This document shows positions 18,084-28,086 of a stretch of DNA of 46,909 nt, piece after piece. The number at the start of each line of letters is the position of its first letter. Position 1 is the stretch's first letter. The stretch is taken from positions 1-46,909 of the forward strand of contig CANEUK010000001.1 of assembly GCA_947441695.1 (NCBI GenBank). Reading direction: 5' to 3'. This stretch comes from Rickettsiales bacterium. Its GTDB lineage: Bacteria > Pseudomonadota > Alphaproteobacteria > Rickettsiales > UBA1997. A program made the translations under genes and the position numbers. A model generated the notes under the pieces. It did no database searches and had not been told where the DNA came from. It was given only the letters and a program-made list of their open reading frames with translations.

Positions 18084-18638
18084 TTAATTTATTTTTGGTT
18101 TTGCTACACCAACCAAAGCTGGTCGAATCAACCGATTAGCAATTGAATAACCAGCTTGAATAACTTGAACAACCGTTCCTTCTTCAGCTTCGCTTTCAAC
18201 TTGAGCCAAAGCTTCGTGAAAATTGTGGTCGAATTTTTCGTTTAGTGGAAAAATTCTTTTTACCTGATTTTTTTCTAAAACTTTAATCAACTCTTTTTTA
18301 GTCATCTCAATGGCGTTAGCATAATTTTTCATCTCTTGGCTTTTTTCAATTTCTTCTTTTGGAGCGTTGTTGCTGGCTAAAAAAAAGTTTTCAGCAACTA
18401 AAACTAAATCGCTGGCAAAGTTTGAAATGGCAAATTTTGCTGATTTTTCAATTTCTTCGCGAGATCTACGGCGCACATTTTCTAATTCGGCAAAGGCGCG
18501 CAAAAGTTTGTCATTTGATTCAGAATTTTTTTGCTCTAATTGCGAAATTTTGTTTAATAAATTTTCTCCATTTTCTAATAAATCTTCTGTTTGGTTTTTT
18601 GCTGTTTCGAATTCTTGGTTATTTTTTTCTTCTGACAT
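18084..18638 (-). CDS. grpE: Nucleotide exchange factor GrpE
   Basis: Coiled-coil N-terminus plus the GrpE signature region (LRAFAELENVRRRSREE ... GYSIANRLIRPALVGV). Confidence 0.9.
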   Translation of the reverse strand: MSEEKNNQEFETAKNQTEDLLENGENLLNKISQLEQKNSESNDKLLRAFAELENVRRRSREEIEKSAKFAISNFASDLVLVAENFFLASNNAPKEEIEKSQEMKNYANAIEMTKKELIKVLEKNQVKRIFPLNEKFDHNFHEALAQVESEAEEGTVVQVIQAGYSIANRLIRPALVGVAKPKIN

Positions 18639-18823
18639 TTTTTCTCTCCAATCAATTAAATTTAAAAAAAAATCGTGACAAAAAAGTTATTAATACATCA
18701 TCGCCTTTTCAATAGATAAGATTTACTTTAATTTTTTTAAAACCTAGTGTTGCTCGCAACAAAAAAGTTTTTAACTTTGCTTCTATAAATTTCTTCTTCC
18801 ATAAAATTTCTTCTCAAAAAAAC

Positions 18824-19441
18824 ATGTCTGAAAAAATACTTGATCAAGCTAATTACTTGATTCCGATGGTTGTTGAACAAACTGCAAAAGGTGAAAGATC
18901 TTTTGACATTTATTCGCGCCTTTTAAAAGAAAGAATCATCTTTTTATCTGGGCAAGTTAATGATCAAATTTCTTCTTTGGTTGTAGCTCAATTGCTTTTT
19001 TTAGAATCAGAAGATCCAAAAAAAGATATTTATTTTTACATTAATTCGCCCGGTGGAATTGTAACTTCTGGTCTTGCTATGTATGATACCATGCAATATA
19101 TCCGCCCAGATGTTTCAACCCTTTGTATTGGTCAGGCTGCATCAATGGGATCTCTACTTTTAGCCGCAGGAGCCAAAGGAAAAAGATTTTCTTTACCAAA
19201 TTCACGCATCATGATTCATCAACCTTCTGGCGGTTATCAAGGTCAAGCAACTGACATTGAAATTCACGCTAAAGAAACATTAAGTTTAAAAAAAAGACTC
19301 AATGAAATTTACAGCAAACATACTGGTCAAAAAATTGAAGTGATTGAAAAAGCAATGGAGCGCGACAATTTTATGTCACCGCAAAAATCTCTAGAATTTG
19401 GCTTAATTGACGAAGTAATTGAAAAAGCTAAATCTCAATAA
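18824..19441 (+). CDS. clpP: ATP-dependent Clp protease proteolytic subunit
   Basis: [32 protein letters not shown] (active-site Ser) and IMIHQPSGG. Confidence 0.95.
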   Translation: MSEKILDQANYLIPMVVEQTAKGERSFDIYSRLLKERIIFLSGQVNDQISSLVVAQLLFLESEDPKKDIYFYINSPGGIVTSGLAMYDTMQYIRPDVSTLCIGQAASMGSLLLAAGAKGKRFSLPNSRIMIHQPSGGYQGQATDIEIHAKETLSLKKRLNEIYSKHTGQKIEVIEKAMERDNFMSPQKSLEFGLIDEVIEKAKSQ

Positions 19442-19462
19442 AAAAATAAAAATAAAAAATTT

Positions 19463-20776
19463 ATGGTTAAAAAAACCGATACCGAAAAAGATCTTTGCTG
19501 CTCTTTTTGCGGAAAATCTCAAAACGAAGTAAAAAAATTAATTGCTGGTCCAACTTCTTTAATTTGCAACGAATGCGTCGGAGTTAGCGTAGATATTTTG
19601 CGCGAAGAGCAAAAAAAATCACCTTTACAAAAAATTGATGGAACCAAACCAACGCCAAAAGATATTTTAAAAATTCTCGATGAATATGTGGTTGGACAAG
19701 AATATGCTAAAAAAGTTTTATCAGTTGCGGTTTATAATCACTATAAACGAATTGACAATTCGAGCTTCACTTCAAAAGAACAAGTAGAACTTAGTAAGGC
19801 CAATATTTTAATGATTGGACCAACCGGTTGTGGAAAAACCTTATTAGCGCAAACTTTGGCAAAAATTTTAGATGTCCCTTTTACAATGGCTGATGCAACT
19901 TCTTTAACTGAAGCTGGATATGTGGGAGACGACGTTGAAAATATTATTTCGCGCTTGCTACAGTCAGCAAATTACGACATTGAAAAAACTCAACGCGGAA
20001 TTGTCTATATTGACGAAATCGATAAAATCGCTCGCAAATCTGAAGATAATACACGTCGAGATATTTCTGGAGAAGGTGTTCAACAAGGGTTGTTAAAAAT
20101 TATTGAAGGAAGCGTTGCTTCTGTTCCAACCCAACCAGGCAGAAAAACTACCCAACAAGAATATGTTCAGGTCGATACTCGAAACATTTTGTTTATTTGC
20201 GCTGGTGCTTTTTCTGGTTTAGAAAAAATTATTATTAGCCGATCAAAAGGCTCTAGTATTGGATTTGGTGCCGATGTTCGCAATAAAGATGATGCAGATA
20301 AAAAAGATATTTTTAATCAGGTTGAACCAGATGATTTGATTAAATTTGGTCTAATTCCAGAAATTGTTGGAAGATTACCAATCGTCGCTCCGCTTGAAGG
20401 ATTAACTCAAGAAGATTTAACTAGAATTTTATCCGAACCAAAAAATTCAATCACCAAACAATATCAAAAACTTTTCGAATTAGATAAGGTTGAATTAGAA
20501 TTTGAAAAAGACTCTTTACAAGAAATTTCAAAACAAGCTATCGAGCGAAAAACTGGAGCCAGAGGTCTTCGAGCTATTACTGAAAATATTTTACTAAATG
20601 TGATGTTTGAAGCTCCATCAGAGAAAAATATTAAATCAATAATGGTTACAAAAGATGTTTTGGTTCACTCAAAAGAGCCTAAAATTACTTATTTAAGCAA
20701 AAATGAAATCGAAGAAAGAGAAGAAAAAAAGACTATTTCAGCAGTTCCTCAAAAAGAAAAAAAGATAACTAGTTAA
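19463..20776 (+). CDS. clpX: ATP-dependent Clp protease ATP-binding subunit ClpX
   Basis: N-terminal zinc-binding domain CSFCGK...CNEC, Walker A GPTGCGKT and Walker [10 protein letters not shown]. Confidence 0.95.
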   Translation: MVKKTDTEKDLCCSFCGKSQNEVKKLIAGPTSLICNECVGVSVDILREEQKKSPLQKIDGTKPTPKDILKILDEYVVGQEYAKKVLSVAVYNHYKRIDNSSFTSKEQVELSKANILMIGPTGCGKTLLAQTLAKILDVPFTMADATSLTEAGYVGDDVENIISRLLQSANYDIEKTQRGIVYIDEIDKIARKSEDNTRRDISGEGVQQGLLKIIEGSVASVPTQPGRKTTQQEYVQVDTRNILFICAGAFSGLEKIIISRSKGSSIGFGADVRNKDDADKKDIFNQVEPDDLIKFGLIPEIVGRLPIVAPLEGLTQEDLTRILSEPKNSITKQYQKLFELDKVELEFEKDSLQEISKQAIERKTGARGLRAITENILLNVMFEAPSEKNIKSIMVTKDVLVHSKEPKITYLSKNEIEEREEKKTISAVPQKEKKITS

Positions 20777-20837
20777 TCACAAAGAACATTTTTTATAAAA
20801 AATATCTCTAAATAACTTGAATAAAAAATATTTCGCG

Positions 20838-20874
20838 GTTGGTGAAAAATATTTATTTCTAGTTTTTCACCAAC
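20838..20874. terminator. Hairpin between the convergent clpX and bolA genes (likely a bidirectional terminator)
   Basis: Perfect 12-bp stem GTTGGTGAAAAA / TTTTTCACCAAC with a 13-nt loop. The stem contains A/T runs and is followed by TTT on the plus strand. Confidence 0.5.
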
Positions 20875-20898
20875 TTTAAGAAATTTAACCATTCTTCA

Positions 20899-21150
20899 TT
20901 AATTCAAAATTTTAATCTCCAGAGCGTGCAAACCTTTTTCAAACTCATTTTTTAAGAGAGATTTTACCTTTCTATGCGCATTTAGTGTTGAAATATTTTT
21001 CAGATCCAACGCCTTAATCAAAACCTTAAAATGCGTTTCACCAGATTCATTACTTTCTTCATGACCTAAATGAAGATATGAATTATTTTTCACCTCCAAA
21101 AATTCTGGATTTAAATTTTCTATAAGCGTCTTTTCTATTCTTTGTTTCAT
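20899..21150 (-). CDS. bolA: BolA-family protein
   Basis: 83 aa. The pattern FLEVKNNSYLHLGH...THFKVLI...HRKV matches the BolA fold signature. Confidence 0.8.
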   Translation of the reverse strand: MKQRIEKTLIENLNPEFLEVKNNSYLHLGHEESNESGETHFKVLIKALDLKNISTLNAHRKVKSLLKNEFEKGLHALEIKILN

Positions 21151-21412
21151 GTTAAAAAAATATGTTAATAAAATGTTGAAAAATTATCACTTATCCACCG
21201 ATTAATTTTTCAATGAAAACTTATTAAAAATCTTAACATTTTTTCCACAGATTTTAATTAAGTTAATTGAAAAAATTAAAAAAATTTCATCTGTTAATAA
21301 CTTTTTCAAATCCTTTATTAACAAGGTTTTGATTAGTTTTTTAATGTTAATAAATTGTTAAAAAGTTTTAATTAAATAATTCACAAGACTAATAAAATAA
21401 TCTAAACATTAA
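21151..21412. promoter_or_regulatory. Candidate chromosomal replication origin (oriC) in the bolA-hemE spacer
   Basis: Very AT-rich 262-bp spacer next to hemE. It has two 8/9 matches to the DnaA box TTATCCACA in the same orientation: TTATCCACC at 21191..21199 and TTTTCCACA at 21241..21249. There is one TTAA-N7-TTAA (CtrA-type) match at 21347..21361. The 9-mer TGTTAATAA occurs three times (21163, 21292, 21345). Confidence 0.5.
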
Positions 21413-22456
21413 ATGAATAAGTTAATAAACACTCTTATTAAAAAAGAAAAATTTTCGACCCCTCCAATTTGGATAATGAGACAAGCTGGAAGATACTTAC
21501 CAGAATATCGTGAGATTCGCTCAAATGTAAAAAATTTTTTAGATCTTTGTTATAATCCAAAACTAGCTTGCGAAGTTACCCTTCAACCAATTCAAAGATT
21601 TGGTTTTGATGCGGCAATTATTTTTTCAGACATTTTAGTAATTCCTGATGCCTTGGGTGTTAAAGTTGAATTTGTAAAAAACAAAGGTCCAAAATTACAA
21701 AAAATTTCTAACCAAGAAGACCTAAATCAGCTCAAAATAAACAACATTAAAAACCATTTAAACCCAGTTTTTGAAGCGATAGAACTAACAAAATCAAAAC
21801 TTGATAAATCTAAATCTTTAATTGGTTTTTCAGGTTCTCCTTGGACGCTGGCTTGTTATATGATTGAAGGAGGTGGATCAAAAAATTTTGAATCGGTTCG
21901 CAAAAGTGCAATTCAAGATGAAGAATTTTTTTCCCAGTTAATTGAAATTTTAACTCAAAGCGTAATTGAATATTTATCTTATCAGATAAAAGCTGGCGCT
22001 GATGTAGTGAAACTTTTTGATTCTTGGGCATCTGTTTTACCACCCTCTGAATTGCAAAAATGGGTTATTGAACCGACTAAAAAAATTGTTTTAGAACTCA
22101 AAAAAATTCATCCAAATATCCCGATAATTTGTTTTCCGCGTGGCATTGGCGTAAATTATTTAGAATTTACGCGTCAGGTAAAATGTGACGCAATTGCGAT
22201 TGATCAAACAGTTGAAAAAAACTGGGCAAAAAAAAATCTTCAAGAAGATTTTGATGTAGTTTTACAAGGAAATCTTGATAATTTTCTATTAGCTTTTGGC
22301 TCAAAAAAAGAAATTGAAAGAGAGATTTTTCAAATTTTAAAAGTTTTTTCTAACAAACCTTTTATTTTTAATTTAGGTCACGGAATTCTTCCCCAAACCC
22401 CAATTGAAAATGTAGAGCTTATTTTAAAAATAATAAATAACCCAAGCCTTACTTAA
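21413..22456 (+). CDS. hemE: Uroporphyrinogen decarboxylase
   Basis: PIWIMRQAGRYLPEYR N-terminal signature and full-length URO-D-like sequence. Confidence 0.93.
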   Translation: MNKLINTLIKKEKFSTPPIWIMRQAGRYLPEYREIRSNVKNFLDLCYNPKLACEVTLQPIQRFGFDAAIIFSDILVIPDALGVKVEFVKNKGPKLQKISNQEDLNQLKINNIKNHLNPVFEAIELTKSKLDKSKSLIGFSGSPWTLACYMIEGGGSKNFESVRKSAIQDEEFFSQLIEILTQSVIEYLSYQIKAGADVVKLFDSWASVLPPSELQKWVIEPTKKIVLELKKIHPNIPIICFPRGIGVNYLEFTRQVKCDAIAIDQTVEKNWAKKNLQEDFDVVLQGNLDNFLLAFGSKKEIEREIFQILKVFSNKPFIFNLGHGILPQTPIENVELILKIINNPSLT

Positions 22457-22523
22457 TTAAGATTTTCAAGATCTTTATCTTACAAATTTTGATTAAAATT
22501 TCCTTTTAAAAAAGAGATTTTTT

Positions 22524-24410
22524 TTAACAACAACTCGCACCAATTTCAAAATAAATCATCTTATTTTCTTTAATATTTGAGGTAATAAGTTTCGATTTTT
22601 GCAACGCTTGTGAGTAGGTGATTGAAGCGTTGAAATATTTGCTGTCGAAAATGGTTTTAATTCCAGCACCCGACATGCGACCGCTACTATTGTCATATTT
22701 ATTTTGGGCAAATCCATAATCATAAAAAGGCTCGAGTCTGATTTTGTTGAGACGACTGGTATTTTTAGCAATGTTTTTGGTGAAAAAATTTTCTGAATTT
22801 TTTTCCGCGCTTTTATCTTCATTTTTTTGGTCAAAAAGCGGCATTAAAATTGAACCCAAACTAAAACTAATTTTGTTTCTAAAGTTATATCCGTTGTCGC
22901 CCGTGATGTAATTTTCTCTGAAACCCCGCACCGAATAATATCCGCCAACCGAAGTTTGTTCTGAACCAAAAAGAGTTTGCTTGGAAAATTGGCTATCTAA
23001 TTCGCTAGTTAAAAATATTGGTGCATTAATTTTTGGTAAGGTGAATTTTTTTGAAGCCGAAGCATAAAGTTTAAAAACCTCGAATTGTGCTTTTGGCGTT
23101 GAGTTGTTGACGTTTTTTTGATCTTGTTTGGCGTTAAAAATTTTTAATCCTTTTGTCCAAGAAGGCTTAAAATAAATGCTGGTTGAATCGTTTAAGTAAG
23201 AAGAAATTGTTAATCCTAAATTCGCAATCGAAAGACTTCTTTGTGAAGTGGTGATTTTTTCGCCATTAGAATAGCTAGCGGTTGATTTGTCGGTTAGTGA
23301 AGCTGTGGTTGAAATTCTTAAATTGGTTTTGCTTAACAAAACTCGATCGAGAGTAATTTTTGAAGATTGAGAAAAACCACTAGAAATTATTGCTCCGTTT
23401 TTTCCAGAATTTTGCCCTTTAAATTGGCTGCGAGAATAGTCGTAAGTAAGTGTGTTATGTTTAAGCGGAATTGAAAGGCTGCCCGAAAATGATTTAATGT
23501 CTTTGATTTGGTTATTGTCGTGAAGGTTGGTAGAGTAGCTCAAATTTAGGTTATCGTTCAAAAAAAGTAAGTTGTCTAAACTGGCAGAAAAGTTGGTTCG
23601 CTGAATTCCAGTAAATTTGTTGCCCAAATTGTCTTTTCCAACCGTAAATTTGGCAGGGAATTTTTTATTATTGTCAATTTTTACAATGCTTTCACCAATT
23701 TCACTTCCTGGTTCAATTTTCATGACCGCAGAATTTGATTGTAGGCGGTTGATTTGATACATTCCTTGGTTGATGTCGTTGAGGTTTAAAACATTGCCTT
23801 TAGCAATTCCAAAAGCGGTTAATTCTTGCATTTTTTCAACGAAGCGATCTTTGCCAAAAGAGATTTTTTCAATTTTACCTTCGATAATTTGCAGCTCAAA
23901 AATGCCGCTTTGTAGATTTTGTTTTGGAACCAAAACTTGAGTTGAGGCGAAGCCTTGGTTTTGGTAATAATCATTCACCGCTTTGATAATTGAAGCCAAA
24001 ATTTCTGCTTCCACGCACTTGCCAATAAAAGGCGAAACAATTTTTTGCTGACGAAAATTTGAAATTGATTTGGCGTTAAGCAGATTTATTTCTTTAATTT
24101 CAACGCAAGAAGGCATTTTGCCGCTGATTAGGCTTTCAGTTTTTTTAGATTGTTTTTCATCTTCTTCTTTTTTATTGCGTTCGCGTTCTTTGGAAATCGC
24201 GTCAAATTCGCGCTCGCGTTTTTTTTCTTCTAAAATGTTTTGTTGGTTGCGGGTTATCCAGTCTTGTTGGTCGATGATTTGGGTTTGGGCTTTGGCTTTG
24301 TGAGTAAAAAAAGATGTCGCAACAAAAAATGAAGTAACAAAAAGAAGGCTGCCAAAACAGAAATTTTTAAAATAAGACGTAAATGTGGGTTTTTTGGGTG
24401 ATTTATTCAT
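22524..24410 (-). CDS. Two-partner-secretion outer-membrane transporter (ShlB/FhaC/HecB family, TpsB)
   Basis: 628 aa. It has a signal/TM, a charged linker, a POTRA-like region (CVEIKEINLLNAK..., FELQIIEGKIEKISF) and a long beta-barrel ending in an aromatic-rich strand. Confidence 0.75.
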   Translation of the reverse strand: MNKSPKKPTFTSYFKNFCFGSLLFVTSFFVATSFFTHKAKAQTQIIDQQDWITRNQQNILEEKKREREFDAISKERERNKKEEDEKQSKKTESLISGKMPSCVEIKEINLLNAKSISNFRQQKIVSPFIGKCVEAEILASIIKAVNDYYQNQGFASTQVLVPKQNLQSGIFELQIIEGKIEKISFGKDRFVEKMQELTAFGIAKGNVLNLNDINQGMYQINRLQSNSAVMKIEPGSEIGESIVKIDNNKKFPAKFTVGKDNLGNKFTGIQRTNFSASLDNLLFLNDNLNLSYSTNLHDNNQIKDIKSFSGSLSIPLKHNTLTYDYSRSQFKGQNSGKNGAIISSGFSQSSKITLDRVLLSKTNLRISTTASLTDKSTASYSNGEKITTSQRSLSIANLGLTISSYLNDSTSIYFKPSWTKGLKIFNAKQDQKNVNNSTPKAQFEVFKLYASASKKFTLPKINAPIFLTSELDSQFSKQTLFGSEQTSVGGYYSVRGFRENYITGDNGYNFRNKISFSLGSILMPLFDQKNEDKSAEKNSENFFTKNIAKNTSRLNKIRLEPFYDYGFAQNKYDNSSGRMSGAGIKTIFDSKYFNASITYSQALQKSKLITSNIKENKMIYFEIGASCC

Positions 24411-24420
24411 GGTGTTTTTA

Positions 24421-24459
24421 GAAATAAAAAAGCCCCGCGAAAAATCTCTTCGCGAGGCA
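24421..24459 (-). terminator. Rho-independent terminator downstream of the frameshifted OMP gene
   Basis: On the minus strand, GCCTCGCGAA-gagattt-TTCGCGGGGC forms a 10-bp stem with one mismatch, followed by TTTTTTATTT. Confidence 0.65.
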
Positions 24460-24482
24460 ATTTTTAAGAAACTTTTTTAAAG

Positions 24483-25176
24483 CTAGAAATTGTATGAAAG
24501 TCCAACTTTAAAGACGTCAACATTGGTATTAGCAACTATTGTTCCGTGGTTTAATATTGTTGCTCCTGAGACAGATTTTATTCTAAGCTTTGATAGTCTG
24601 TTATACTCCAAATTGATGCTGATTTTATCGATAGGTGAAAAAGCAAATCCTAAACCGTAAAAATAACCAGCTTTTCTTCCGGAATGTTTAGAACTTAAGG
24701 TTTTGTATCCGAAGTCAACTTCATTAGAATCTGAAGTTTTTAAATCATAGCTGACAAAGTTTACGCCAACCGGAATGTAAGCAGAAAAGTTGTTAGCAAT
24801 GTCATAACCAAAATCAGTTTTAAAACCCAATCTGTCTTTTAGATTAACTGATTGATTATATGCGTCATATTCATTTGTAGAATATCCAGAGTTGGCTTTG
24901 GTTCTAAGTCTTTGATAAAAAACCCCCAGGGGCAATAAAAAAATTGTTAAAATTGAAGGCGTGTTTGTAATTAACGCCAATACCAATAGCAGAGTCTTTT
25001 TTATTGTGGCTGTAGTATTCAGATAAATCAGCGTCTTTAGCTGAATTTGAAAAACTTTTAGAAACGGCGTTTGTCTTAAGAACATCAATTCCAACATAAT
25101 TTCCCTCGGTTTTTGCCAAAGCAGATGATGTTGACAAGGTTGCCAAAATTGCGGCAAGAGCGATAAATTTTTTCAT
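24483..25176 (-). pseudogene. Small surface beta-barrel OMP (porin / opacity-like family) split by a +1 frameshift in a homopolymer cluster
   Basis: Track ORF 24904..25176 carries the signal peptide and first strands (MKKFIALAAILATLSTSSALA/KTEGNYVGID...). Track ORF 24483..25157 carries the remainder in the +1 frame and ends ...VFKVGLSYNF (terminal Phe). The frames meet at minus-strand CCCC-T-GGGGG-TTTTTT (24917..24932). Removing one base there restores a single ~230-aa ORF. Confidence 0.7.
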
Positions 25177-25235
25177 AGTTTTTTTGGTTTATTAATTAAT
25201 GGTGAATTTTAGTTAAGAAAATTTAACTAACTTAA

Positions 25236-25258
25236 ATCAAAGCTTGAGCAGCTTTGAT
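25236..25258 (-). terminator. Hairpin downstream of waaA (possible terminator)
   Basis: Perfect 9-bp stem ATCAAAGCT / AGCTTTGAT with a 5-nt loop. The minus-strand sequence after it is only moderately T-rich, so support is weak. Confidence 0.3.
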
Positions 25259-25413
25259 GCTTAAAAAAGCAAAGACTTTTTTTATTTTAACAAAAAAAAA
25301 TTCAAGAGTTTTGTTTAATTTGATTAAAAAATTAACCAACAGTCTTTTTAAAGGAATGATATATTTTTGCCCATAAAAGCAGAGTTTTTTGACTCGTGGA
25401 AAAATCAATAATC

Positions 25414-26682
25414 TTAAGATTGATTGGCGGTTAAAACTTCGTCCATTTTGTCTATCACTTTTGTTGCGATATTTTCTGAATTTTCAATCAACTGCAAAGA
25501 ATCGTCAGCCAAAAAATTAGCAAGATCTGGGTTTTTTAAAAATTCTTTTACCACTTCAATTAGCTGCTGCGAAGAATTTATGGTCACGCAAGCATGTTTT
25601 TGTGATAATTCTTTGTAAATTTCTTTGAAGTTAAAAACGTGCGAGCCACTAATTACGGCGCATTTTAGTTTTATTGCTTCAAAAGGATTATGCCCGCCAA
25701 TTGGTAAAAGCGAGCCACCTAAAAACGCGAATTTAGCCAAAGAATAGAAATCTCCAAGCTCGCCCAAACTATCGGCCAAATAAATTTCTACAAAATTTTC
25801 GATATTTTGGTTTTTGCTTTTTTGGGCAAATTTTATATCTCCAAACAAGCCAATAATTTCATCGGCTCGATTTGGATGGCGCGGCACAATTATTGTAAGT
25901 AAATCACTAAAATCTTTTTTTAGCTCGCGATGAGTTTGTAAAATAATTTCCTCTTCGCCCTTGTGCGTGCTGGCAGCAAGCCAAAATTTGCGATCACCAA
26001 TTTGCGATTTTAATTTTTCTAAATTTTTTTCATCTACCTCCAAATTCTGGGCTTGCGATTTAAGATTTCCAAAAAAACTGACTTCGTTTTTTGTTAGATT
26101 TTGCAGAAGTTTTTGGCTTTCTAAGCTTTGAGCAAAAATGGCGTCAAAATAGTCAAAAATCTTAAATCCAAAAAATTTAGCATATTGCCATTTTTTTGCC
26201 GATTTTTCTGACATTCTAGCATTGACTAAAAAAGTTGGAATTTGGTTTTCTAAGGCAACAGAAATAAGGTTTGGCCAAATTTCTGATTCGATAAAAATTA
26301 CCTTTTTTGGCTGCCAAAAAGCAAAAAAGTTTTTTACGCAAAAATAAGAATCAATTGGCAAAAATTGATGAACCACTCGTCCGCCAAATTGGGGCAATTT
26401 TTTAGCAATAATATCGGCCGAAGTTAAAGTGGTTGAAGTAAGTAAAATTGTGCTTTGCGAAAATTTTTCAAGCAGACCGTCAATTAAAATAAAAGCCGAA
26501 TTAGTTTCGCCAACGCTAACGGCGTGAAGCCAGATTATATCTGATTTTGGGCGCAAAATTGTTGAAGTTCCAAAACGTTCTTTAAGTCGTTTTTTATCCT
26601 CTTTTTTTTTGTAAACGCGCCAAAAAAGATAAAGTTCTAAAATTGGAAAAAGCGCAATTGAAAGCGCGCGATAAATTAACAC
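25414..26682 (-). CDS. waaA: 3-deoxy-D-manno-octulosonic acid (Kdo) transferase
   Basis: N-terminal membrane anchor, the WLHAVSVGE motif and a GT30-like C-terminal half. Confidence 0.88.
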   Translation of the reverse strand: MLIYRALSIALFPILELYLFWRVYKKKEDKKRLKERFGTSTILRPKSDIIWLHAVSVGETNSAFILIDGLLEKFSQSTILLTSTTLTSADIIAKKLPQFGGRVVHQFLPIDSYFCVKNFFAFWQPKKVIFIESEIWPNLISVALENQIPTFLVNARMSEKSAKKWQYAKFFGFKIFDYFDAIFAQSLESQKLLQNLTKNEVSFFGNLKSQAQNLEVDEKNLEKLKSQIGDRKFWLAASTHKGEEEIILQTHRELKKDFSDLLTIIVPRHPNRADEIIGLFGDIKFAQKSKNQNIENFVEIYLADSLGELGDFYSLAKFAFLGGSLLPIGGHNPFEAIKLKCAVISGSHVFNFKEIYKELSQKHACVTINSSQQLIEVVKEFLKNPDLANFLADDSLQLIENSENIATKVIDKMDEVLTANQS

Positions 26683-27867
26683 TTAAAAACCCCCAGCATT
26701 TTTGATAAAAAATTTTTTTAAAGTTGAAATTTTGTTGACAAATCCAAGTCCTAAATTGCGCGCCAAGCAGATTGAAAGGCTTTTTGTTTCAAAAATTGAA
26801 TTCAAAATATCAGTAGCAATCAGCATTTTTTTTGCACCAATTTTGGCTTCTTTATTATAAGCCAAAATTAAGCTTTCGCTTGAAATATCTAGCCCGTTTT
26901 TTATTTGATTTTGAATTAATTGGCGCAAAATTTTAATTCCCGAAATTGCCAAATTAAAACCTTGTCCCGCAATTGGATGAACGCCAGCGGCCGCGTCGCC
27001 AATTAAAAGCATTTTTTCGTAATAAAATTTATCAGCTTCAACCAAATTTAGCGGATAAGAAAATTTTTCAGAAATAACTCTGGTTTTACCAAAAACATTT
27101 TCCATTTTTTTGGTTAATTGTTGCACAAAATTTTCCTCATCTAGGCTCAAAATAGCCTGCGCCAATTTATCGGTCGCAATCCAAACAATTGAAGATTGAT
27201 TGGGATTTTGTAGCGGCAGAATTGCCAGCGGGCCTCCGGGCAAAAACTTTTCGTAAGCGGTGTTTTGATGTTTTCGCTCATGTTCAACATTAAAAACAAT
27301 GGCAGTTTGGTAATATTTTTTTTGTGTAGTATGAATGTTAAAGTTGCTACGAAGGTGCGAAAATCTTCCGTCGCAGGCTAAAATAAGCTTTGAAGTTAAA
27401 GTTTTTTGGTCATCAAGTTTTATTTCAACATCATTTTTAAACTCAATTTTTTCATAAAAATTTGGCGCGAAAACCGAGATGTTTTTTTGCTGAAAAACTT
27501 GGTTTTTTAGCGCATTAAAAATGTGATAATTTTCAATTATACTACCGAGTTGCGAATTTTTTTCATCAACCTGCGAGCCAATAAAATCAAGAATGAAGGG
27601 CGATTTATAATCAGTAATTTTGATGTCCGAAATTTTTCCCGCTTTTTTGGCGGTTTCGTCAAAAATTCCAATTTCTTGAAAAAATTTTAACGACGCCGCT
27701 GAAATCGCATAAGCTCGACCATCGCTTTTGCGGTCTTGATTTAAAATGTTTTGCCTTTCAATTATGGCAATTTTCAAGTCTGGCGAAATCTTTGCCAAAG
27801 CAAGTGCCGCGGTCATTCCCGCAAAAGATCCTCCAATTATTGAGATGTCAAAATTTTGGTTAGTCAT
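26683..27867 (-). CDS. FAD-dependent ubiquinone-biosynthesis hydroxylase (UbiH/UbiF/VisC/COQ6 family)
   Basis: GGSFAGMTAALALA dinucleotide fold, CDGRFSHLR and GDAAAGVHPIAGQGFNL motifs. Confidence 0.85.
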   Translation of the reverse strand: MTNQNFDISIIGGSFAGMTAALALAKISPDLKIAIIERQNILNQDRKSDGRAYAISAASLKFFQEIGIFDETAKKAGKISDIKITDYKSPFILDFIGSQVDEKNSQLGSIIENYHIFNALKNQVFQQKNISVFAPNFYEKIEFKNDVEIKLDDQKTLTSKLILACDGRFSHLRSNFNIHTTQKKYYQTAIVFNVEHERKHQNTAYEKFLPGGPLAILPLQNPNQSSIVWIATDKLAQAILSLDEENFVQQLTKKMENVFGKTRVISEKFSYPLNLVEADKFYYEKMLLIGDAAAGVHPIAGQGFNLAISGIKILRQLIQNQIKNGLDISSESLILAYNKEAKIGAKKMLIATDILNSIFETKSLSICLARNLGLGFVNKISTLKKFFIKNAGGF

Positions 27868-28086
27868 AATCTTTAAGAATGCGATAAAATTTGAATACAG
27901 GCTCTAGGAACTTAAAAAAACTTCAATTGGTTTAAGTGTAAATCGCAAGAATTAAACCCAAGAGCCTGTTTGTAAGTTTTTTTTAATACTAGAGAAGAAT
28001 CTAGTTTTGGCTAAAACTTTCTTGCTTAAAAAGCTGACAAAAATAGAAAGTTTTTTCTTTTTAAACTTCTTTAATTTTTCTGCTAA

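Noticed and set aside
18639-18823. Search for a CIRCE element or sigma-32-type heat-shock promoters in the grpE/clpP divergent spacer.
   Set aside because: There is no TTAGCACTC-N9-GAGTGCTAA match. Only loose TTGAAA-like hexamers occur, without a convincing CCCCAT-type -10. The short GTTGC-TC-GCAAC dyad is too small to interpret.
21254-21270. Additional TTAA-rich stretch (TTAATTAAGTTAATTG), considered as a second CtrA box.
   Set aside because: The spacing does not fit TTAA-N7-TTAA in any register. TTAA is expected to be frequent in DNA this AT-rich.
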